Below, piece after piece: positions 17,693 to 24,874 of a stretch of DNA of 64,000 nt. This DNA is from Marine Group II euryarchaeote MED-G37 (lineage in GTDB: Archaea > Thermoplasmatota > Poseidoniia > Poseidoniales > Thalassarchaeaceae). The position numbers and the translations under genes are program-made. The DNA lies in assembly GCA_002457555.1 (NCBI GenBank), contig NTJQ01000005.1:28335-92334 (forward strand), read 5' to 3'. How positions within the stretch are numbered: position 1 is the first letter of the stretch; each line of letters opens with the position of its first letter. The notes under the pieces were generated by a model. That model was given only the letters and a program-made list of their open reading frames with translations, ran no database searches and was not told the origin of the DNA.

Positions 17693-19942
17693 TCAGCACT
17701 CGCCAACGTACGATCCGGAGACCTTCGCCAACTTATCCCAGTTGAAGAAATAGTCTCCTCCGATTGCGTCGTATGATGGTGGGCACATGTGGTCGGAACC
17801 GACTCCTACACCTGCATACTGACCCAATAGAGCCATTGTTGGTGAGGTAACCCAAAGATCGTATGCGTCAGCATACAATAGCGCTCGGGCATCTGAATCT
17901 TGTTCGGTTCTAGCATCTAGCAGAATTGCGTCCAATTCATCGTTCTCGAAGTAGCCGTGGTAGGCGTCTCCACCGATGTCGGCGCTTCCTGCGAATGGTG
18001 ACCAGTAGTTGTCTGGGTCCAAGTAGTCAGGTCCCCAGCCAATTACCCAAAGGTCCCACTTTCCGTAAATGTAGTTGTCAATCACGGTAGCCCAAGGCTG
18101 GTCAGCATTGTCGTTAGCAATTCCAATTGATTCAAGCGCAGGTCCCCATAGCTGAGCTACTGCAATCCTCTGGTCGTTACCAGTGTTTGTCAGAATCCTT
18201 AGTTCATTTGGTAGTCTGCACTCGGTACCATCACGGTCAGCCTCTGCAACAACTGTTGGCGCACCAGTTTGTGTTAGTGAAGCACATTCGTATTGTCGGA
18301 TGAATCCTGCAGCGTCAAGAATATCCTCAGCGTATGCAAGATCATAGGTGAACACTTCGTACTGTGTATCATCATACGGGAATCCGGTTGGGATTGGACC
18401 ATAGATTGGCATCAATTCATTCTTGTAGGATTCTGTATGGATGGTATCGTAGTCCAGAGTGTAACTTAGTGCCTGCCTTACAGCGGACAAACTTAGCACG
18501 TTACAATCGTTGGTTCCGTTCCCATTGCAATCATGGTTGAGGACATAATCTGAGGTTCCATCAGCCATGTCATTCTTTGGTGCAAAGTTGTATGGTACGT
18601 TCACAACGCTGTATGTCTGGCGGTAAGTGCAGCGGAATCCATCTTTACCTTCTGCATTGGGTAGATCTTCCATGTTGTTGCAGAATTCAGTCTTCTGAGC
18701 AGATGGAATGTATGCTCGGTCGACTTCACCGTCTTGTAGAGCAAGTACACGTGTCTGAGTCTCTTCAACTAGGTCGACTACAACTCTGTTTAGGTTGAAG
18801 TCCGCGTTTTCCCAATACATCCAGTTAGGCTCCATTACTAAGCGAGTTCCGCGAGCCCACTGAGCGACCATGTAAGCGTTGGTTCCAGCACCTACTTGTG
18901 CCTCATCCATCCACTCGTGGCAGTAGTCATCAGAAGTGACTGTGCCGTTCGCATCGGTCTCGATTACTCTGTTGGCTTCACATAGTTGCGAGTTGATAAC
19001 CGATCCAACTGTGTAAGCAATTGTCGCTACGAATGCGGCAGAAGGTGCAGAAATTGTTACTGAGAAACTGTAGTCATCTATGACGCTCAGGCTCTCTCCA
19101 CCCATATCGTCGTGGTTGCCATCTGCATCATTACAGTCGAACGACTGGGTCAGAATCCAGTTGACTCCAGAGGAGGGTGCACCCATTCCAATAACACGGC
19201 ACCATGAGTATACTGCGTCAGTGGAGGTCATGTGGTCTCCATTGCTAAAGTATACATCGTCACGTAGAGTGAAAGTGTAGGTCAGACCGTCTTCACTAAC
19301 AGTATGTCCGGTAGCCAATCGTGGAACGATAATCGAACCACCGTCACCGTCTCCTTCGTATCGGTATAGGGTGTCGAAGACGTTAGAAATAACGTCACCA
19401 GATGCTGAATCGTAAGCATCGGCTGGATCGTGAGTATCTGCCTCACCGATCGTCATTTGTGTCATTTCACACGGGTTGTTTGTACCCAGGTCACGGCACT
19501 TTCGTGATACAGATAGGTTGTACCATGCATCGGAGAATGCCATGTCTCCTGCGGCGTATGCGGCCATAATATCTCCTTGAGCCATACCATAATCGCAAGA
19601 GCCGTCGTCTTCCTCAGCTGCGGAATTAAAGTTATTCGCGGCTTCGTCCATACAACCCATTACAGTATCAGGCATAGTACAGGATCCATCATCACGGGTC
19701 GCAGCCGAGTTGTAGTTTGTCGCAGCAGGGTTTGTGCAACCATCTACTGGTTCGAAGCCCGGATCATATTCACAAGACCCATCGTCTTTTGTGGCTTCAG
19801 CGTTGTAGTTATTGGCATCTGCATAAGTGCACCCCAATATTTCTACGACGTCGTCACCATCATCATCTCCGCCGAGACACCCGGCAAGAGCTGACGCAAT
19901 CATCAGCGTACACATCAATAATGCTCTCAATTTAGAGTCCAT
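17693..19942 (-). CDS. oppA: Family-5 substrate-binding lipoprotein (OppA-like) with three N-terminal Cys-containing tandem repeats
   Basis: Archaeal lipobox (MDSKLRALLMCTLMIASALAGC) followed by an acidic linker. Three ~28-aa repeats of the form GC[TM]xxAANYNxxAxxDDGSCxY. The large SBP_bac_5-like body is in the same operon as the oppBCDF genes. Start moved to the ATG at 19942 (MDSKL). Confidence 0.75.
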   Translation of the reverse strand: MDSKLRALLMCTLMIASALAGCLGGDDDGDDVVEILGCTYADANNYNAEATKDDGSCEYDPGFEPVDGCTNPAATNYNSAATRDDGSCTMPDTVMGCMDEAANNFNSAAEEDDGSCDYGMAQGDIMAAYAAGDMAFSDAWYNLSVSRKCRDLGTNNPCEMTQMTIGEADTHDPADAYDSASGDVISNVFDTLYRYEGDGDGGSIIVPRLATGHTVSEDGLTYTFTLRDDVYFSNGDHMTSTDAVYSWCRVIGMGAPSSGVNWILTQSFDCNDADGNHDDMGGESLSVIDDYSFSVTISAPSAAFVATIAYTVGSVINSQLCEANRVIETDANGTVTSDDYCHEWMDEAQVGAGTNAYMVAQWARGTRLVMEPNWMYWENADFNLNRVVVDLVEETQTRVLALQDGEVDRAYIPSAQKTEFCNNMEDLPNAEGKDGFRCTYRQTYSVVNVPYNFAPKNDMADGTSDYVLNHDCNGNGTNDCNVLSLSAVRQALSYTLDYDTIHTESYKNELMPIYGPIPTGFPYDDTQYEVFTYDLAYAEDILDAAGFIRQYECASLTQTGAPTVVAEADRDGTECRLPNELRILTNTGNDQRIAVAQLWGPALESIGIANDNADQPWATVIDNYIYGKWDLWVIGWGPDYLDPDNYWSPFAGSADIGGDAYHGYFENDELDAILLDARTEQDSDARALLYADAYDLWVTSPTMALLGQYAGVGVGSDHMCPPSYDAIGGDYFFNWDKLAKVSGSYVGEC

Positions 19943-19963
19943 CCTTGGAATGCAGACTATGGT

Positions 19964-19978
19964 CCATATATAGTATAT
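19964..19978 (-). promoter_or_regulatory. Candidate archaeal TATA box for oppA
   Basis: The minus strand reads ATATACTATATATGG centred about 29 nt upstream of the oppA ATG. This spacing fits a leaderless or short-leader archaeal promoter. Confidence 0.35.
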
Positions 19979-20130
19979 CCCACTATTGAGCGTCAAATCG
20001 AGGTTTTTGCAACTCGGTATTGGAAAAATTCCTAATTTTTGTTAATTCACTACTTGAAAATTAATAACAATTGAATTCAAAATTTGTTGAAACATAACCT
20101 ATCATCAAGACAGAAATCGTGTTGCATAAC

Positions 20131-20207
20131 TGGTGGACGTGCCGAGATTTGAACTCGGGGCCTCTTCCATGCCAAGGAAGCGCGCTTCCAAGCTGCGCCA
20201 CACGCCC
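20131..20207 (-). tRNA. tRNA-Ala (anticodon GGC), 77 nt with encoded CCA
   Basis: Reverse complement reads GGGCGTGTGGCGCAGCTTGGAAGCGCGCTTCCTTGGCATGGAAGAGGCCCCGAGTTCAAATCTCGGCACGTCCACCA. All four stems pair cleanly. Anticodon loop TTGGCAT; G3:U70 acceptor pair typical of tRNA-Ala; T-loop TTCAAAT. Confidence 0.8.
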
Positions 20208-20260
20208 AGTGAGATTACGACCTGCGACGGCCATTTAAGGAGAACTGAGCAGGCTAGGCC

Positions 20261-20806
20261 ATGAGTAAGGGGCCAGTCTCGACTAGTCCAAATGGGCCTC
20301 CAAACTTACCCGATGGAATACTCGATGAGTTATCATCTAGAATGACTCGTGATGATGCACCTTTTCTACGGCACCTGACAAAGCAACTTTCCTTGCAGTG
20401 GGCTGACGCTTCCGATACCCGATTGGGTTATACTAGGTTCGAATTTGACCATCATGAATTGTTTCGCAGACGGAGATTGAGGGGCTCACCAGGCCCTATT
20501 ACAATCGCCCTACATCCGCGATTAAAAGATGATGAGAAACTATACTTGCACACTCTAGTGCATGAATTGCTCCATGCTGCAGGATTAGTAGATCATGGGA
20601 ATCAACATAGTGAGTTAGTCAACAAAATTGCGCCCGCACCTAAGTTGTCCGAATCACCTGTTTTGAGAAGCATGCGAGAAGAAGTTCTAGCGGGGCTTCC
20701 TGAACAGTCTTGGATATGTGGAGAATGTGGCCACACATGGGAGAGAAGAAGAGTCTCTTTACCCCAAAGATGTCCGAAATGTGCCCGCCCATTCAGTAGT
20801 CGATAA
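20261..20806 (+). CDS. HExxH zinc-metallopeptidase-like protein with C-terminal zinc ribbon (SprT-like architecture)
   Basis: 181 aa. HELLH motif (LHTLVHELLHAAG) plus C-terminal CGECGHTW...CPKCARPF C4 ribbon. This combination is characteristic of SprT/Wss1-like proteins. Confidence 0.4.
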   Translation: MSKGPVSTSPNGPPNLPDGILDELSSRMTRDDAPFLRHLTKQLSLQWADASDTRLGYTRFEFDHHELFRRRRLRGSPGPITIALHPRLKDDEKLYLHTLVHELLHAAGLVDHGNQHSELVNKIAPAPKLSESPVLRSMREEVLAGLPEQSWICGECGHTWERRRVSLPQRCPKCARPFSSR

Positions 20807-20868
20807 TATCTGAGAAGTGAGATAATATCAGCAAAATCACCATGAACTCATAGCAGGTAAGACTAACA

Positions 20869-21612
20869 ATGGATTGGCCACCAACACCAGATGACATCTC
20901 AAATTTGATTGAAGATTTCATCGCTGAGTCTTTTCCAACATTGATGGCAATTATTGCTATCGCTGCCTACTCTGGGTTCGTCTTCATGTTCTATAGACTG
21001 CTGGCGAGAAGGGATATTCTCAATCTGGACTTAAGTAAATATGACCAGACAATGGGTGGAAAGATTCGTGCCTTCTTTAGGACCGCTGCTTGGTTAATAC
21101 AATACGCTTTGGTGATTCCTATTCTAATTGGCTTCTGGACCGTTGTTATGGCAGTAATTCTAACTCTATTAGCGGATGGAAATGATCATGCAAGGAACGC
21201 ATTGATTGCTACATCGGTAGTAGGTTCTGTGCGAATTCTGTCTTATTGGACTGAGGACTTGTCTAGAGATGTTGCAAAGATGTTACCATTTGCAGTTCTT
21301 GGTGTGTTCTTAGTAGGTTCGACGTCTGTAGAATTCGGTGAATTTGAAGAATTGGTTGCAAATCGAAATCAATTGGCTCGGTCTTATGTAAATAGCCTCA
21401 TCCTACTTTCAATATTAGAGACTATTTTACGGATTTATCACGGCATCAGAGAATTGATCGGTGGACAACGTAGAGTTAACAAGAAATTGAAGAAAATCGC
21501 CAAGGAAACCGGTCGCTCAAAGTCGGATATACGTGAAGATATGCTAGATGATGGAATAATCAATCATAGCACGGTTGGCAAGGATAATGAAGGGGAGAGT
21601 TACTCCCCATAG
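20869..21612 (+). CDS. Hypothetical membrane protein
   Basis: 247-aa ORF with about 4-5 hydrophobic helices and a basic/acidic C-terminal tail. No recognisable motif. Confidence 0.4.
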   Translation: MDWPPTPDDISNLIEDFIAESFPTLMAIIAIAAYSGFVFMFYRLLARRDILNLDLSKYDQTMGGKIRAFFRTAAWLIQYALVIPILIGFWTVVMAVILTLLADGNDHARNALIATSVVGSVRILSYWTEDLSRDVAKMLPFAVLGVFLVGSTSVEFGEFEELVANRNQLARSYVNSLILLSILETILRIYHGIRELIGGQRRVNKKLKKIAKETGRSKSDIREDMLDDGIINHSTVGKDNEGESYSP

Positions 21613-21676
21613 AGCAGTATCATACAGTAGATGTCAAGGTGCAGGTTTCACAAAGGGGAAGTGCCGCGCATGGCAT

Positions 21677-21753
21677 GGGTGCGTGGTGTAGTCTGGATAT
21701 CATGCTGGCCTTCTAAGCCGGTGACCCGGGTTCGAATCCTGGCGCGCCCACCA
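21677..21753 (+). tRNA. tRNA-Arg (anticodon TCT), 77 nt with encoded CCA
   Basis: GGGTGCGTGGTGTAGTCTGGATATCATGCTGGCCTTCTAAGCCGGTGACCCGGGTTCGAATCCTGGCGCGCCCACCA. Acceptor GGGTGCG/CGCGCCC, anticodon stem CTGGC/GCCGG with loop CTTCTAA, T-arm CCGGG-TTCGAAT-CCTGG. The D-stem has one mismatch. Confidence 0.75.
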
Positions 21754-21769
21754 CTATCCTCTGCTGATT

Positions 21770-21784
21770 AATCCCGTAGGGATT
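21770..21784 (+). terminator. Short hairpin (AATCCC-gta-GGGATT) followed by a T-containing tract, 16 nt downstream of tRNA-Arg
   Basis: Perfect 6-bp inverted repeat immediately after the tRNA 3' end, followed by CACCGTTTACATC. Confidence 0.25.
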
Positions 21785-21939
21785 CACCGTTTACATCAAA
21801 TACACCGAGCAGGTCGGCGCGCTGCATGAAGCGAGGTTCCCGTGCGTGGAAGAAGGCGGGGAAGCAACGCTGGAAGTGGCGAAAGAAGAAGTTACGAAGG
21901 CGAAAGGCTGCTAGAAAGCAAGCTCGCCAATGATTCTAA

Positions 21940-22602
21940 TCAGAGGGAAGAAACGAGGTCCGCGACTACTGATGCCGGATTTCCTGCTTTCGTAACTCCA
22001 CTAGCAAGAAGAACTCCAGTTGTTCCAAGTTCAATTGCCGCTGCAACGTCCGCACCGTTCTTTACTCCTGCACCACAAAGAATCCCTACTTGTTCGGAAA
22101 TCTCCCTAACAGCGCCCGCTGTACCGCTAACTATTGAGGGGTCGGCAGTTGTAACGGAAATATCTCCTCCAATCAATTCAGGTGGTTCGACAGCGACAAA
22201 GTCGGGCTCCAATGCCGTTAGTGCTCGAGCCTCTTCGATGTCTGCAGCACATGCACATACGGTGAATCCTTCCGGAACTTGGTCGAGTAGCATGGCCACG
22301 TGCTCGATTTCCACCTTGTGCTCTGCATGATTAATCAGCGTCCCAGATGCGCCCCTCTCGACTGCAGTTGCAGGGTGTAGCCATCCGGTGTATGAACCAA
22401 ATCCAACAGGGTCGAGATGCTGGCACCAGACTTCTAATTCAGGGGCTGCGGCAACCACGGCAGACAAGTCAAAGGCAGAGACTGCGACAACCATGCGAGC
22501 ATCGGTCTCGACGCTAGCAATCGCCTGAGCGAGGACTTCAGCACTGACGCCATGTGCAGTCTCGTAGGTTTTCATATTGACTACAACAAGAGGTTGGTTC
22601 AC
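21940..22602 (-). CDS. tpiA: Triosephosphate isomerase (archaeal short form)
   Basis: Motifs VVVNMKTYE (N-terminal beta-strand), GTLINHAEHK (catalytic His), VAVEPPELIGG (catalytic Glu region), GAGVKNG. The ORF track starts at 22671, but the conserved N-terminus begins near the GTG at 22602 (the ATG at 22575 is an alternative start). Confidence 0.75.
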   Translation of the reverse strand: MNQPLVVVNMKTYETAHGVSAEVLAQAIASVETDARMVVAVSAFDLSAVVAAAPELEVWCQHLDPVGFGSYTGWLHPATAVERGASGTLINHAEHKVEIEHVAMLLDQVPEGFTVCACAADIEEARALTALEPDFVAVEPPELIGGDISVTTADPSIVSGTAGAVREISEQVGILCGAGVKNGADVAAAIELGTTGVLLASGVTKAGNPASVVADLVSSL

Positions 22603-22675
22603 AGGCCTGCGAGAAGCATTAACTCTTTGACGGTGACGGGGATTAATCCAATACCTAGCACTGATTCTCAAGTTT

Positions 22676-23989
22676 ATGGATGATGGACCGCAATGGACGG
22701 AGGAGTCTCTAGGTCATTATTACCATGCAATAAGTCAAATCGACCTAGGTTGGCTAAATAAGCCTACAAGACATCAGTTTAGGTGGAGGAGTTTGAAAGG
22801 CCCTTGGATTACATCTAGGAGGAGGATATCTTCTGGTGAATCACTTATCAGAGATTTTGCAGGTGCCATGCCAACCGATGTTTATGCCTCAACATCATCA
22901 TGGCTAAATCCAGTAAATTTACCTCGACTTAAGGATAAGAAAAGACCTGCGCCGATTCTACTTGACCACATGGTAGTCTTCGACATAGATATGAGACCTT
23001 TTTGTAAGAAAAAACTGGATAATGCAAGGGCCGCAACCTTAGAACTTAGAGAGTGGTTATTGAGTAATACCGACTTAGAAATTCAGCATGTTTCATTCTC
23101 TGGAAGTAAAGGATTCCATCTAATTGCAAATGACCCAGATAGGAGCGCGTTTTCTGAGCCCGATGCAGGAATCAGAGAAGAACTGGTTAGAGAGCAAAGA
23201 AAGAAATTACTGGATAGAGTGATTGCTGCGGGTCACCCTGTTGACCCCGTTGTTACTGCAGATACGCGTAGGATTATCCGAGTCCCAGGAACATTACACG
23301 GGTCAACAGGATGGGTTTGTACGATTCTTGAGGATGATTGGTTAGAGATGCCAATAAGTGATTGGGTAGGAAATATCCAGAGGCATGATTTGGCCATGAA
23401 AATGCCAAAACGACCCCCGTTTGCTTTACCTAGCTTGAAGCTCAAACAAAAATCAGCCTCAAAACCAAAGAAATCTAAATCTGATAATGAGGAATATGTC
23501 AGCATAGAAGTTAGTAGTCACGTACAGGGAACAAAGGATAGATCGGCACTCGTAACGTGGCTTCCTGCTAGGTGGGGCGAACCGATTGAGGCAGTGAAAA
23601 CAGCACAAGAAAAATTCGACAAGGAAAATATCGGACCTGTAGCTTATTGGTATGATGGAAGTAGTGTTCTTGCAATTATTCCTAGAGCAATGCCAAGAGA
23701 TTTCCTTCTCAGTAGATTATCCAAAATAGACCTGAAGAGATTTGAAAATGATCTTAGAAGATTTGAACATTCATGGATTAGGGTTTCCGGTAGAATGAGC
23801 GGAAAAGGGTGGGAATCTGAACTCGCACCAATCACTGTACTGGGCTACGATGCCAGTACAAGATGCCAACATCCATGGTCATCTGCTCATCTAGAGTTGT
23901 GTAATCGTCTTGGCTTACCGATAAAAGTAGATTCTAGTAATTTCGCAGGCAACAAAGATGCGGCCATTAGAATCGCAGTCCGGCGCTGA
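22676..23989 (+). CDS. priS: DNA primase small (catalytic) subunit PriS, archaeo-eukaryotic primase family
   Basis: Motif I MVVFDIDM (DxD), motif II FSGSKGFHL (SGxRGxH variant), motif III TRRIIRVPGTLHGSTGW. The N-terminal PTDVYAS...NP region is also conserved. 437 aa with about 150 aa of C-terminal extension. Confidence 0.7.
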   Translation: MDDGPQWTEESLGHYYHAISQIDLGWLNKPTRHQFRWRSLKGPWITSRRRISSGESLIRDFAGAMPTDVYASTSSWLNPVNLPRLKDKKRPAPILLDHMVVFDIDMRPFCKKKLDNARAATLELREWLLSNTDLEIQHVSFSGSKGFHLIANDPDRSAFSEPDAGIREELVREQRKKLLDRVIAAGHPVDPVVTADTRRIIRVPGTLHGSTGWVCTILEDDWLEMPISDWVGNIQRHDLAMKMPKRPPFALPSLKLKQKSASKPKKSKSDNEEYVSIEVSSHVQGTKDRSALVTWLPARWGEPIEAVKTAQEKFDKENIGPVAYWYDGSSVLAIIPRAMPRDFLLSRLSKIDLKRFENDLRRFEHSWIRVSGRMSGKGWESELAPITVLGYDASTRCQHPWSSAHLELCNRLGLPIKVDSSNFAGNKDAAIRIAVRR

Positions 23990-24136
23990 GTTTATTGGCC
24001 CCGGTGTCTACCGCATATTGTCCCGAAGAAGGAGCCTGCGAGGGCAATGACTGCAGAATGCTACGCATTCGACATTAGGTACCTCATCGGCCGCGGCGCC
24101 GGGACAGCGCCGCGGTCACACTATCGAGTGATTGCT

Positions 24137-24874
24137 ATGTCGGCTGGAGGACTAGAAATTGTTCTCGGAATTGTTTTTCTATTCTTCGGTGGAATATGGT
24201 CTGCAATCAAGTTTGTTGATGAGCAAACAGATAACAAGTTGGCTTTCTTCATTCCTGCAGTTTTACTATCTATCTTCATACTTATTGGAATTGGAGAGGA
24301 CTTTGTTTTCTATGCATTCCTATTCGCTTTCGGACCAATTATCGTGATGCTAGTGAAAGTTGGACTTGAGCAAGGCAAGGTACCACAGAAGAGGAGTTTT
24401 TCCTCGTTTGACCGAACTGCCCAAAGGAACCCCCAACCACTTAATCTCAACCGTGAGCTGGCCCCCTCTTACATTCGAGCCTATGATCGATTAATCGCAT
24501 ACATAGAGGCGCAAGGAGGGGACATTAAATCACTAGAAGATGCAAGACTGAGGCTCGCAGAAATATGGAGTGTTCCCGAATCGGATGTGGGACGATTCTT
24601 AGACAGCCCCTATGTGATCGAGGTGCTTAACCTCAAAGAAGAAGTTGTTGAGGAAAAGAAAGAAGAAATCATCGGTGATGAATGGTGGGAAGAAGGTTAC
24701 TCTGTCGATAAATCAAATGATGAAACCAAAGAAAAAATCGGTGAAGAGTCTTGCGGACATCCAGGTTGTGAAAATTCAGTCACTGCATTTGACTTCAGGT
24801 GCTATACCTGTCGAAATCGGTTCTGTAAACAGCACGCAGGAACTAGCATTGAGTGTCAGAAATGTTCGAACTAA
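24137..24874 (+). CDS. Membrane protein with C-terminal AN1-like zinc finger
   Basis: Three N-terminal hydrophobic helices, then an acidic coiled region, then CGHPGCENSVTAFDFRCYTCRNRFCKQHAGTSIECQKC (Cys/His spacing resembles zf-AN1). Start taken at the internal ATG (MSAGG); the ORF track starts at 24047. Confidence 0.4.
   Translation: MSAGGLEIVLGIVFLFFGGIWSAIKFVDEQTDNKLAFFIPAVLLSIFILIGIGEDFVFYAFLFAFGPIIVMLVKVGLEQGKVPQKRSFSSFDRTAQRNPQPLNLNRELAPSYIRAYDRLIAYIEAQGGDIKSLEDARLRLAEIWSVPESDVGRFLDSPYVIEVLNLKEEVVEEKKEEIIGDEWWEEGYSVDKSNDETKEKIGEESCGHPGCENSVTAFDFRCYTCRNRFCKQHAGTSIECQKCSN

Noticed and set aside
19997-20130. Possible additional tRNA or sRNA in the AT-rich gap between tRNA-Ala and oppA
   Set aside because: No acceptor/T-arm structure could be folded by eye. 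The region reads as a T-run termination zone for tRNA-Ala plus the oppA TATA promoter.
21842-22330. 162-aa plus-strand ORF starting in the GA-rich tract and running antisense through tpiA
   Set aside because: The N-terminus is a translation of a purine-rich repeat (RGRRRGSNAGSGERR). The rest is antisense to the conserved TIM motifs. Treated as non-coding.
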